A stretch of 64,000 bases of DNA. It comes from an uncultured Chloroflexia bacterium. GTDB taxonomy: Bacteria; Chloroflexota; Anaerolineae; CG2-30-64-16. This document shows positions 30,395-41,400 of the stretch, in pieces (the first letter of the stretch is position 1; each line of letters opens with the position of its first letter). The position numbers were made by a program, and so were the translations under genes. Location of the stretch: contig CAWEMM010000013.1 of assembly GCA_963810095.1 (NCBI GenBank), positions 64,001 to 128,000 on the forward strand, written 5' to 3'. The notes under the pieces were generated by a model. The model worked only from the letters and a program-made list of their open reading frames with translations, did not search any database and was not told the origin of the DNA.

Positions 30395-31191
30395 GCGAGA
30401 CAATGAAGTATCCCCCCGAGGTGCTCGAAGCACACCTGGCGCGCGTGCCCGTGCACCGCGCGCTGATCCGGGCGCTGGAGCACCGGCTGTTTGCCGAGCA
30501 GGAGATTGTGCGGCCGGTGTTGGACATCGGCTGTGGCGACGGGCACTACGCGGCCGCGGCCTTCCCCGACGGCCTGGACGCGGGGATCGACATCACCCGC
30601 GAGATCGTGGCCGAGGCTGCCCAGCACGGGCCGTACCGCAGCCTGGCCGTGGCCGATGGGACGAAGCTCCCGTACGGCGACGCGACGTTCAAGACGGTGG
30701 TCAGCAACTGCGTGATCGAGCACATCCCCGACATCGAGGGGCTGGTGGCCGAAGTGAGCCGGGTCCTTGCCCCGAAGGGGCGTTTCATCTTCTCCGTGCC
30801 GGGCGAGCGCTTCACCGAGTCGCTGTTCACCGTCCGCACGCTGAACTCGCTGGGGCTGCGGGGCCTGGCACGGCGTTACGGTAAGTGGTGGAACGGCAAT
30901 GCCTTCCATTGCACGCTGGAGTCGCCCCAGCAGTGGCAGGCCCGGCTGGAGCGGCACGGGCTGAAGTTGGACGACTACGAGTACTACATGTCCCTCGACG
31001 CCGCTCGTGTCTTCGAACTCTCGCATTACTACGCGGTCCCGTCGATCGCCTGGCACAAGGTGACGGGCAAGTGGTCGCTGCGGCCGGGCAGCGTGCGCAA
31101 TACGCCCGCGTACCGGTGGCTGCTGCCCTACGCGTCCGAGCCGGTGCCGGCCATGGGCGCGTGCATTTTCCTCGCGGCTTCGAAGGGCTGA
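30391..31191 (+). CDS. class I SAM-dependent methyltransferase
   Basis: VLDIGCGDG, SNCVIEHIPD. Confidence 0.9.
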   Translation: MSETMKYPPEVLEAHLARVPVHRALIRALEHRLFAEQEIVRPVLDIGCGDGHYAAAAFPDGLDAGIDITREIVAEAAQHGPYRSLAVADGTKLPYGDATFKTVVSNCVIEHIPDIEGLVAEVSRVLAPKGRFIFSVPGERFTESLFTVRTLNSLGLRGLARRYGKWWNGNAFHCTLESPQQWQARLERHGLKLDDYEYYMSLDAARVFELSHYYAVPSIAWHKVTGKWSLRPGSVRNTPAYRWLLPYASEPVPAMGACIFLAASKG

Positions 31192-31198
31192 CCACTCC

Positions 31199-31984
31199 TT
31201 GTATACCATCCGGCGCATCCTCTACTACCTGCGTTCGATCTTCACGCTGCTCTTCGGCGTTCGTAACCCCGGGGCGTTGCTTGCGCTGGCGCGCGGCCGC
31301 GGTCCGGCCGTCCTGCACCTGCGCGACGGCTCGCACTACCACGTCAGGACGCTCATGGATGCGTGGATCGTGAAGGAGACCGTGCTCGACCGCGATTACG
31401 AGCGGCACGGCGCGGCGCTGCACGATGGGTGGACCATCGTCGACATTGGCGCAGCGTCGGGCGACTTCACGGTGTTTGCCGCTCGGCGGGCGCCAAAGGG
31501 CCGCGTTATCGCGTTTGAGCCTGCGCCCGACTCGGTCGAGAGCCTGCGGCGAAACGTGGCCGCCAACGGACTGCAGAACGTCGAGGTGCGCCCGGTGGCG
31601 GTGGGCGCCCAGGCGGGGGACATCACGCTGGACGTGTCGGGCGGGGTGGCGGTGCAATACCGGACGGCCGGGCGTGCGCCGGAGGTCGGCGCCGGCAGGT
31701 TCGCGGTGCAGTGCGTTCCGCTGGCCGAGGTGCTGCGCGAACTGCCGGCGGTCGATTTCCTCAAGATCGACGTGGAAGGCGCGGAGTACGAGATGCTGTT
31801 CAGCCTCGACGAGGCGAGCCTCGGCCGGGTGCGCCGGGTGTGCATGGAGTACCACGAGGGCGTGACCGAGTGGGCTCACGCGGACCTCGAACGCTTCTTC
31901 CGCAGCAAGGGATGGGCCGTGCGGGTCAGCCCCAGCCCCGTGCGCCCTGAGTTAGGTTTTCTTTATGCTCAAGCCCCGGCATGA
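31199..31984 (+). CDS. FkbM family methyltransferase
   Basis: IVDIGA..G, AFEP, LKIDVEGAE. Confidence 0.9.
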   Translation: MYTIRRILYYLRSIFTLLFGVRNPGALLALARGRGPAVLHLRDGSHYHVRTLMDAWIVKETVLDRDYERHGAALHDGWTIVDIGAASGDFTVFAARRAPKGRVIAFEPAPDSVESLRRNVAANGLQNVEVRPVAVGAQAGDITLDVSGGVAVQYRTAGRAPEVGAGRFAVQCVPLAEVLRELPAVDFLKIDVEGAEYEMLFSLDEASLGRVRRVCMEYHEGVTEWAHADLERFFRSKGWAVRVSPSPVRPELGFLYAQAPA

Positions 31985-32145
31985 TGACTAAACTGTAAGC
32001 TCCGTTCGACCGTTTTCGTGCGATAATCTCCTTGTGCTGCGGCGCGGAGGCGGCGCTTGTGGGGCTTACAGGCCCCGCTTAAGGCGTGGCAGCTTTCCGC
32101 CTTACAGACTCTCTCCGTTCGTCTCAGGCACGAGGAGGTGCTCTC

Positions 32146-34254
32146 ATGTGGGCTGCACACCGGTCTTCGTCCGTTCGTCTCTTCATCGTCACCGCCGGCT
32201 TCGTTGGACTCGCCGCAGCGTTCCTGCTGCTTGTCCAGCCGGCCCCTGCCGCCGTCTCCGCGAGCGCGCCGCTTGCTCCGACCGTCACGCCATCGCCCGC
32301 ACCCACCCCACTTCCAATGGCGGGCAACTGGCGCCCGCAGACCACCGGCGCTACGAACTGGCTGTGGCCGGTGCAGTGGGTCGATCAGCAGTTCGCGCGG
32401 GCCGCGGGGTCGGCGGGCAAGGTGCTCGGCACCGAAACCTCGGGGTTGACCTGGGCTCCCGTCCCGTCCGCGCCGCCCACCGCCCGCGATATTCACGACA
32501 TGTGTTTCGTCGACAAATACTACGGCTGGATCGTCACCGACGGCTACCTGGGACGCACCACGGACGGCGGCAAGACCTGGCAGCAGCAGCCCTACGACGG
32601 CGGAGTGAGCATGGGGTGCTATTTCCGCAGCCGGACGCGGGGCTGGGTGGTGGGCCAGGACAGGGTGCGCCGGACGACCGATGGCGGCGCCACGTGGCAG
32701 ACCGTGTCGATCCCGGGCGCGACGCTGCAAGACGTATTCTTCATCGACCAGAATGTTGGCTGGATGGTAGGGCACGGCGGCGGAGTCTGGAAGTCGACCG
32801 ACGGCGGCGCCACCTGGACCCCCCAAATCTCGGGCGTAACCGAGATCCTGGAAGGCGTGCACTTCTTTGACAGCTCGCACGGCATCGTCGTGGGCCACGC
32901 GGGCGTGATCCTGACGACCGCAGACGGCGGCGCAACATGGACCCGCCGCCTCACCGGCTTTGCGACGGACCTTTACGGCGTGGAGTTCACGGACGCAACC
33001 TTCGGTTGGGTCAGCGGCGACAACGGCCTCGTGCTGATGACCCGCGACGGCGGCCAGACGTGGACGCAGGAAGCCACCGGCACGACCACTACTCTGCAGA
33101 AGCTGTCCGCGCTCGATGCGAACCACATACTCGTTGCAGGGCGCAACGGCACAATCCTGCGCCGCCTGCTCGACCTGGCCCTGCGGACCCGCCGGGCAAT
33201 CAACCCGCCGGCACTCGACGGCGCGCTCGACGAGTGGAGCGGCATCCCGGGCGTCTACCTGAACAAGTCGACGGCGGAGACCGTCGAGAAGGTCATTCCG
33301 AACAGCGACGACCTGGAGATGAACCTCAAGGCGACCTGGCGGCCCGACTATCTTTACCTGGCCGGGCCGATTAAGGACGACGTGCTCATCGGGAACGACG
33401 GCGACCCGGCAAAACCCTGGGTAAACGATTCCATCGAGATTGGGATCGAGTCGGCCGCGGGGACACACCAATTCACCTTTGCCATCGACGGTCGGGAGGC
33501 GGATCAGGGCGTACCGATCTCGGGTCTCGCGTTCTACACGCGCACGGTCAGCGGCGGCTGGAACTTCGAGCTGGCCATCCCCGCGTCGGCATTGGGCCTG
33601 ACCCATTTCCAGGCGGGCCAGAGCTTCAAGTTCACCTTCGGCGCCTGGGACGACGACGAGCGGGGCGGGACATCCGGCCAGTCGCACTTGATCCGCCGGG
33701 GCACCAGCACCTACGCCCCTGCCTCCAGCATCACGGGCTGGGGCGAGCTGCAGCTTCTCGACGAGGACGAGAATTTCCCCGCTGCCACGTCGACGCCGAC
33801 GGCAACCCCCACCGAGACAGCCACGCCATCGCCGACGGCCACACCGTCGCTCACTCCGACCGATACACCGACTGCCACCGTCACGCCGTCGCCCTCTGTC
33901 ACGCCCACCGCGAGCCCCACGCCGCCAAGTTACGGCTCGATCCGCGGGCGCGTCTGGTATGATCTGAACGGCGACGGCGCGATTGACGACGGGGAACTGG
34001 GGATCTTCGGCGCGGAAGTGCGGCTGTACGCGGGCGCCGTGCTGCGGGGCATCGCGCACACCGACATGAGCGGCGAGTATATGATGGCCGGCTTGCTTGT
34101 GGGCCAGTACCGTCTCGAACATACAGCGCCCGCAGGGCTATTGGCTTCCACGCCACGCCAGGTGACCGTAATTGTTGACGCGGATGCCGAAAAGGTAGTA
34201 AACTTCGGTGATTGGGCGGGCCGCCGGACCTGGCTGCCGCTTCTGCTGAAGTAG
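32146..34254 (+). CDS. secreted YCF48/BNR-repeat protein + CBM9-like domain + PT linker + SdrD-B-like domain, C-terminal WLPLLLK
   Basis: Repeated T.DGG.TW; DGALDEW..W...YLYLA..DD; (TP)n linker; GRVWYDLNGDG. Confidence 0.85.
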   Translation: MWAAHRSSSVRLFIVTAGFVGLAAAFLLLVQPAPAAVSASAPLAPTVTPSPAPTPLPMAGNWRPQTTGATNWLWPVQWVDQQFARAAGSAGKVLGTETSGLTWAPVPSAPPTARDIHDMCFVDKYYGWIVTDGYLGRTTDGGKTWQQQPYDGGVSMGCYFRSRTRGWVVGQDRVRRTTDGGATWQTVSIPGATLQDVFFIDQNVGWMVGHGGGVWKSTDGGATWTPQISGVTEILEGVHFFDSSHGIVVGHAGVILTTADGGATWTRRLTGFATDLYGVEFTDATFGWVSGDNGLVLMTRDGGQTWTQEATGTTTTLQKLSALDANHILVAGRNGTILRRLLDLALRTRRAINPPALDGALDEWSGIPGVYLNKSTAETVEKVIPNSDDLEMNLKATWRPDYLYLAGPIKDDVLIGNDGDPAKPWVNDSIEIGIESAAGTHQFTFAIDGREADQGVPISGLAFYTRTVSGGWNFELAIPASALGLTHFQAGQSFKFTFGAWDDDERGGTSGQSHLIRRGTSTYAPASSITGWGELQLLDEDENFPAATSTPTATPTETATPSPTATPSLTPTDTPTATVTPSPSVTPTASPTPPSYGSIRGRVWYDLNGDGAIDDGELGIFGAEVRLYAGAVLRGIAHTDMSGEYMMAGLLVGQYRLEHTAPAGLLASTPRQVTVIVDADAEKVVNFGDWAGRRTWLPLLLK

Positions 34255-34379
34255 CCCGGCTGATCTTGCTCTGCTGGATCAGCCCCTGTCGCCCTACTTT
34301 CGGATGCCACACCGGCGTCGTTCACCCGACGATGCCGGTGTTGTTCGTCTCCATCCGTATCACCTCCGTGAGGATTTGG

Positions 34380-36332
34380 ATGAATCAGCGTACAGGACGC
34401 GGGCTACTGCTGCTCGGCGCCTTGGGCTTTGCGATCATCGGGCAATTCTTCTTCGCCAAACGGCCGAATAACTTCTGGGACGCCGTCGTCTTTTACGCAG
34501 CGGCGGTTGTATGCCTGCTGCTGCTGACCCGGGACGCGCCCGCGTCTGTCGAAGCAGAAGAGCAACCGGCCCGCCCGCGCACGGTCGAAGAGTGGGCCCG
34601 CATCGGGCTCGCCGCGGCGGGCGCACTGCTCGCCATTGCCACCGTGCTCCAGCTCAGCAAACCCCAGGATTCCTACTGGCCCATCTTCTGGTGCTGGCTC
34701 TTCAGCATCGTGCTCGTGCTGCTGGCCGCGCTGCCGCCATGGGCCGAGCTGCGGGGGGCAGTGGGCGGCTACTTCCGCAGCCTGCTGACGTGGGAAGCGC
34801 TGGCCGTGGCGGGGGTTGTCATCCTCGCGCTGGCCCTGCGCGTCTGGCGCATCGACAGCATCCCGTGGACCCTGGGCGGCGATGAGGGCAGCCAGGGCCT
34901 GTGGGCCCGCGACGTGATCGCTGGCCGGCTGCCCAACATGTTCGGGTTGGGCTGGCTGTCCGTGCCCAACATGTCGTTTTACTGGCAGGCAGCCTGGTTC
35001 CGCCTGTTCGGCGACGACGTGATGGGTCTGCGCCTCCCCTGGGCCGTGATCGGCGCGGGAACGGTCGTCGGAGTGTACCTGCTCGTGCGCCGGCTGTTTG
35101 ACCGTTGGCTGGCCCTACTCACAGCACTCTTGCTTGCTACCTACCATTTCCACATCCACTACAGCCGCCTGGGCTCGAACCAGATCGCGGACCCATTCTT
35201 CACCGTCTGGGCGCTGTACTTCTTGGTGCTTGGCCTGCAGTCGAAGCGGGCGTGGCCGTGGGCCGTGAGCGGGGTGATCGCCGGCCTGGCCTTCTTCTTC
35301 TATGCGGGTTCACGCCAGGTCCCGATTATCCTCGTCGCCGTGCTCGCCTGGGTGGCGCTGGTCGATTTCGAGACCGTGCGCGAGCGCGGTCGCCTGCTCC
35401 TGGTCATGCTCGGGTCCTTCGCCGTCACGGTCGGACCGATGGCGCTGCTTGCGCTCCGGTCGCCCAACGACTTCAACGCCCGGCTGAACGCGGTTGGAAT
35501 CTTCCAGTCGGGGCTGATCGACCAGATCGCGCAGGCCACGGGGAAGACCCGGGTTGAGGTGCTGCTCGACCAGGTCAAGCAGGCGTTCTTCGCCTTCAAC
35601 CTCACCAAGGACCGGGTGGTGTGGTACGGGCCGGCGATCCCCCTGCTCCAGTTCGGCGCATCCGTCTTCTTCGTGCTTGGCGCCGCCTTCAGCCTGTCGC
35701 GCTGGCGGCAGTGGCGCTACTGGCTCTTCATCATCTGGTTCGTGATCGTGATCGGGCTCGGCGGTGCGCTGACCGAGAATCCGCCTTCCAGCCAGCGCCT
35801 TGTTTCGAGCGCCGTGCCCGTGGCGTTCTTCATCGCAGTGGCGCTGGTCCAGCTTGCCCGGGCGTTCCAGTCACTCGGCCCGCTGCCGCGGGTCGCGCGC
35901 TATGTCCTGGCGGGCGCCGCGGCGCTGCTCATTTGCGTGGCGAGCCTGCAGTACTACTTCGGACCGTACCAGGCAAGCTGGGTGTACGGCGGGATTAACG
36001 CGGAGGTGGCCACCTCGCTTGGGTACTACCTGCGCGACCTCGGGCCGGAGTACAAGGAGTACTTCTTCGGCGTGCCCCGCATGTGGGCCGACTTCGGCTC
36101 GACGCCGTTCATTGCAAAGGGCACCGGCATTTACGATGTGCAGCAGCCACTCGCGGGTTCACTCGACTTCGTGGACCCGGCGAAGAAAAGCGTCTTTGTC
36201 TTCCTGCCCGAGCGAATTTCCGAGCTCGAAGCCGTGCGCCAGTTGGCGCCGGGCGGGACGGTGGAGGAGGTGCGGCGTGTGCCAGGAGACTGGGACCGCC
36301 CCGTGCTCTTCACGGCGTACCGGCTGCCCTAG
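34380..36332 (+). CDS. GT-C fold glycosyltransferase (PMT_2/ArnT-like)
   Basis: Polytopic; LRVWR..P...GGDEG; LRLP; HYSR. Confidence 0.85.
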   Translation: MNQRTGRGLLLLGALGFAIIGQFFFAKRPNNFWDAVVFYAAAVVCLLLLTRDAPASVEAEEQPARPRTVEEWARIGLAAAGALLAIATVLQLSKPQDSYWPIFWCWLFSIVLVLLAALPPWAELRGAVGGYFRSLLTWEALAVAGVVILALALRVWRIDSIPWTLGGDEGSQGLWARDVIAGRLPNMFGLGWLSVPNMSFYWQAAWFRLFGDDVMGLRLPWAVIGAGTVVGVYLLVRRLFDRWLALLTALLLATYHFHIHYSRLGSNQIADPFFTVWALYFLVLGLQSKRAWPWAVSGVIAGLAFFFYAGSRQVPIILVAVLAWVALVDFETVRERGRLLLVMLGSFAVTVGPMALLALRSPNDFNARLNAVGIFQSGLIDQIAQATGKTRVEVLLDQVKQAFFAFNLTKDRVVWYGPAIPLLQFGASVFFVLGAAFSLSRWRQWRYWLFIIWFVIVIGLGGALTENPPSSQRLVSSAVPVAFFIAVALVQLARAFQSLGPLPRVARYVLAGAAALLICVASLQYYFGPYQASWVYGGINAEVATSLGYYLRDLGPEYKEYFFGVPRMWADFGSTPFIAKGTGIYDVQQPLAGSLDFVDPAKKSVFVFLPERISELEAVRQLAPGGTVEEVRRVPGDWDRPVLFTAYRLP

Positions 36333-36347
36333 GAAGTTGGCTTGCCC

Positions 36348-38352
36348 ATGACTATCGATCTGTCGCCGGTGGACGCCGGACAAAAACGCGCCGGGCAGGG
36401 CGGGGGCGCGCCCGGGCTGTCTGCGCCGGGGACATGGCAGCGGATCTCTCTGCGCAACTTTGCCGCGCCGTTTCTTGCGGTGCTCGGCGCACAGCTGCTG
36501 CTGCAGGCCGGCGGCGCCGACGCGGGCGTGGGGTTGGGCGGTGGTGGCCGGCAGCGTCGTGCTCCTTGTGCTGCGGCTGCGCAGCGACGTGCCCGGCCGG
36601 TGGGCCGATGCGCTTCAGATCGCGCTCGCGTTCACGCTCAGCCTGCAGCTCAGCCTCAACCTCGACCAAGTTAAGCAGCGCCTGGCGCCCGGCGAGCAGA
36701 TCCTCGTCTGGGCCCTGAGCAGCAGCCTCGTGATCCTGACCGTTCTGAACTTCAGGCCGCGGCGCATCGAGCTGCATCTGCCCCCGTTTCGGCTCGATAA
36801 GTGGGACGGCCTGGCGATCGGCCTGCTGCTGTGCGCGGCGGCCCTCACCCGCATCCCGTCGCTCGACCGCATCCCCCTTGGGTTCGACCCGGACGAGGGC
36901 TCATTTGCGACTTTCGCCTGGGACGCAGCCAGCGGCGCAGCCCGCGACCCCTTCTCGACCGGCTGGGCGACCCACCCGACCCTGCAATTCTTCCTTAATG
37001 CGCCGCTGGTCGACGTGCTTGGCAGGAACGGGTGGGCCATGCGCCTGCCCTCCGCCCTGCTCGGCATCCTGGCCGTGGCCGCCATCTACCTGTTCAGCCG
37101 GGTAGGTTACGGGCGCCGGGTGGCCCTCATCGCAGGAGTTCTGGCAGTCGCATCCGACGTATTGATCCAATTCAGCCGGCTCGGCATCAACAACATATCG
37201 GATACGCTCTTTATGGCGTGGACGGTGGCTGCGCTGTGGATTGCGGGGTCGACGGGTTGGCCCGGTGCGTGGGCAGCGGCAGGGGCGGGGTTGGGGCTCT
37301 CGCAGTATTACTATTTCGGAGCGCGGGCGATCCCGTTCGTCGTCGCGGTCAACCTGCTGGTCTGGCTAATGGCTGACCGCAAGGGCGTGTTCCGGGCGTG
37401 GCCGCTGCTTTTAGGTGGGCTGCTGGTTACGCTGGTCGTGGCCGGGCCGCTGGCGGGACACATGCTCCGAACCCCCGGCAGCGTCAGCGAGCACATGTTC
37501 CTGACGGCACCGTTTTCGGCCGGAATTGCCGAGCAGGCGGCGAAGCTCGGGACGAGTCCGTTGGGCGTGTGGGCGCGCCATCTGTCCCAGAGCCTGGGCG
37601 TCTTTACGGTCGTCCCAGACCAGGGCAGCTTCTACCATCCCGAGCGGCCGCTGCTCGATGCCCTGCAGGCGCCCTTCTTCCTGCTCGGCTTGGCTGCCAT
37701 GCTGCTCGCGATCCGGCGGCCCATCCACCAAGCCGTGCTTCTCTCGCTGGGCGCGGTGCTGCTGCTCGGCTCGGTGCTGATGAACGATCCGGCCGCATTC
37801 CACCGGCTGCTCGGGATGATGCCCTTCGTGATCGTCGTCGTGGCCCTTGGCGTAGACACCGTGGCCTGGCTGGCCGTAAGCGTGCTGCAGGGGTGCGAGG
37901 ACCCGGGCCGAGCGCGCCGGGTGCGTATGGGGCTCGGGGCGACCCTGGCCGGGCTGATGGCCGTGACGACGCTCAATTTCTACTTCCGCAGCTACCCGGA
38001 CACGGTTGCCTACAAGCCGCCCAATCAGACGGCGGTTAGCATCGCCGCGCTGGAGTACGCCGCGGCGGGCGGGCAGGGCGCGTATTTCATCTGCACCTCG
38101 GATGGCGTCGATCCGGCAGGGAAGGTGTATCATACGCCCTTGGTCTACGCGGCCGGCGACAAGGTCAAGGGCTGCGTGCCCGAGTTGATCGCCCAGGCGG
38201 CCGGCAGCCGGCCCCTAACCTTCTACTTCCTGGCCGACCAGTTTGCGCTTGAGCAGTCGATCACGGCCCAGTTCCCGGGGGGAACGGCCGCCGACTATCA
38301 CCGGCCCAGCGACGGCCAGCTTATCATGACGCGTTATCGAGTGACGCAGTGA
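36348..38352 (+). CDS. GT-C fold glycosyltransferase (frameshift near 36520)
   Basis: Paralog of the upstream gene: PLGFDPDEG, MRLPS, QFSRLG. Confidence 0.8.
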
Positions 38353-38423
38353 CGTGGTAGGGTAAGGCAAGCGCTGCAAGCGCATACCTCACCCAAAAGT
38401 GCATTTATCACGGAGTTTTCCGA

Positions 38424-41400
38424 ATGACCCAACAGACAACCCAGGCGGGTGAGGCAGACGCGGGCGGCGCCATCAGCGCGGCCGAGCTGCGTGACAACTG
38501 GCGATCCGTGCGGACGTGGCTGCGCTCGGACGCTGCCCCGCGCTGGATCCTCATTGGGATCCTGATCGTAGGCGCGCTGCTCCGGCTGACGAACCTCAAC
38601 TGGGACCAGTTCACACACATCCACCCCGACGAGCGTTTCCTGACGATGGTCACGGCGGGCATGAAGCTGCCCGACAGCGTAGGCCAGTTCTTCGACAGCA
38701 CCCAATCGCCGATGAACCCCTACAACATCGGCTATGACTTCTTCGTCTACGGAACGCTCCCGCTCTTCATCGTCCGCGTCGCCGCCGAGTTTGCGCAGAA
38801 GCTCAATGAGGCGCTGCAGCTCTGGGCCACGCCCTCGGGCGTGCCCATCATCCTGACCGGGTTTGATGGCGTGCACCTGGTGGGCCGCTTCATGTCGGGG
38901 CTGTTCGACGTCGGGTGCATCTGGCTGACCTATCTCGTCGCACGGCGGCTGTACAGCGCCCGGGTCGGGCTCCTGGCCGCGGCATTGTACGCGTTCTCGG
39001 TCCTGCCGCTGCAACAAGCGCATTTCTACACGGTCGACACGTTCGGCACGTTCTTCGCCCTGCTCACCTTCTACTTCTGCGTCCGGGTTGCGCAAGGCGG
39101 AGGCTGGTGGCACTACGTCTGGATGGGCGTCGGACTGGGCGCCGCGCTGGCGTCACGGATCAACCTGGCGCCGCTCGCGGGCATCGCGCTGCTGGCCGCC
39201 GCGATTCAGGTGTGGGACGAAATCTCAGCCCAGCGCGGCCGGGCCGCATCCGGCTCGGGTGAGGACACGGGCTGGCTTGGCCTGCTGGTCCAGGCGACGC
39301 TGTTCCGACTCGCGCTGTTCGGGATTGCGGCCATCGTCGTCTTCCGCATGGCCCAGCCGTATGCGTTCGGCGGCACGTCGCTCATGACCTTCACGTTGGG
39401 CGACAAGTTCCGGGAGAGCATGCGCCAGATCCAGGCGCTGATCAGCGGCGCGGCCGACTACCCGCCCGGCCACCAGTGGACGAGCCGGACCCCGTTCGTC
39501 TTCCCGTTCGTCAATATGGTGGTGTGGGGGCTCGGCCTATTCCTCGGCCTGTTTGGCTGGCTGGGGTGGCTCGTCGCCACGTTCCAGATCCTCAAGGCGT
39601 TCACCATCAAGGGCGACAAGACCGACGCGAAACGGCACCTGCTCCCGGTCGCGTGGGTGGGGGGCATGTTCCTGTGGCAGGGGCTGCAGTTCGTCCAGTC
39701 CATGCGCTACCTGCTGCCCACGTATCCGCTGCTCGCCGTGCTGGCCGCGTGGTTGCTCTGGTTCCTCGTCGCCAAGGCGCGGGCGTACCAGGCCGCGCGG
39801 GCGGCGGCAGGAACGTCCTTCGGCGAGGGCCGCGGCGTGGCCGGTCGGATCTCGGCCGTCTGGCGGCGCATCCTGACCGTACCCGTCGCGTATGGGCTGA
39901 TGACGGTCGTGGTCATCACGACGATGCTATGGGGTTGGGGCTTCCTGGCCATCTACCGCCGGCCGCTCTCACGCATCACCGCGTCCAAGTGGCTCTACGA
40001 GAATGTGCCGCAGGGCAGTGTGCTGGCGAACGAGCATTGGGACGACCCGCTGCCGTTCAGCCTGGATGGCCACGTGGCCTACGGCGGCGGAGGGTATTTC
40101 CGCTCGCTCAAGAGCTCGGACGACGGCGTGATGCAGATGTACTGGGAGGACACGCCGGAGAAGCGCGAGGCGATGTACAAGTGGCTCGACGAGGCCGACT
40201 ACATTGTCCAATCGTCGAACCGGCTTTGGGGATCCATCCCGCGGCTCCCCATGCGTTTCCCGATGTCGAGCGAGTTCTACCGCCTGCTGCATGAGGGTAA
40301 GCTCGGCTTCGAGCTGGTGCAGGACGTGACCTCGTTCCCGACCATCTTCGGTATCCCGTTTAATGACACGGGCGCCGAGGAAGCCTTCAGCGTCTACGAC
40401 CACCCCGAGGTGCGGATCTACAAGAAGACGCCCGCCTACAGCGAGGCGTTGCTGCGAAGCTACTTCGACCAGGTTGACCTGGAAAATACGATCCAGATGT
40501 GGCCAAAGATGGCGTCATCTGCGCCGACTGCCTTGCTCATGACGGCGAAGGACTTCGCCACCCAGCAGGCGGGCGGCACATGGACGGACATTTTCGACCT
40601 GGACAGCCTCGTCAACCGGTCGCCGGTGGTCGCGGTGATTGTGTGGCTGGCGCTCCTCATCCTCCTCGGCATCGTCGCGTTCCCGATCACGTTCGTGGTG
40701 CTGCGCAAGCTGAGCGACCGGGGTTACGGCGTGGCGAAGATGCTGGGCATGCTGCTGCTGGCCTGGCTGGCCTGGTTCCTGCCCGCACTCAAGGTCACGA
40801 GTTACAGCCGCTCGTGGATCGCGCTCTGCCTGGGCTTGCTGGTCGGGCTGTCGGCCATGATTGCCTGGCGGCGGTGGGGCCTGATCCGCGAGTTTATCCG
40901 TGAACGCCGCGCCCTGCTAATCACCGAGGAAGTCATCTTCCTCGCCATGTTCGGGCTGTTCCTGCTGATCCGCATCGGCAACCCCGATCTGTGGCACCTG
41001 GCCCGCGGGGGCGAGAAGCCGATGGAGTTCGCGTACCTCAACGCGGTGATTCGCTCGACCGTGTTCCCGCCGTATGACCCGTGGCACGCGGGCGGCTTCA
41101 TGAACTACTACTACTTCGGCTGGGTCATCGTCGGTACGCTGATCAAGCTGACCGGCATCGCACCCTGGGTCGCCTATAACCTGGCGGTGCCGACGCTGTT
41201 TGCGCTGACCGGGCTGGGCGCGTTCTCCGTGGCGTACAACCTGGCCGAGGGCGACCGCGCGACCCGGCTGAGGGGCGACGACCGGGCTTCTGCCGGCATG
41301 CGCGACCGGCTCGTTGCTGGCCGGCCTGGCGGGTCTGTTCTTCGTCACGATCATCGGCAACCTGGGCAACCTGAAGCTGCTGATCGACCAGTTCAGTCAG

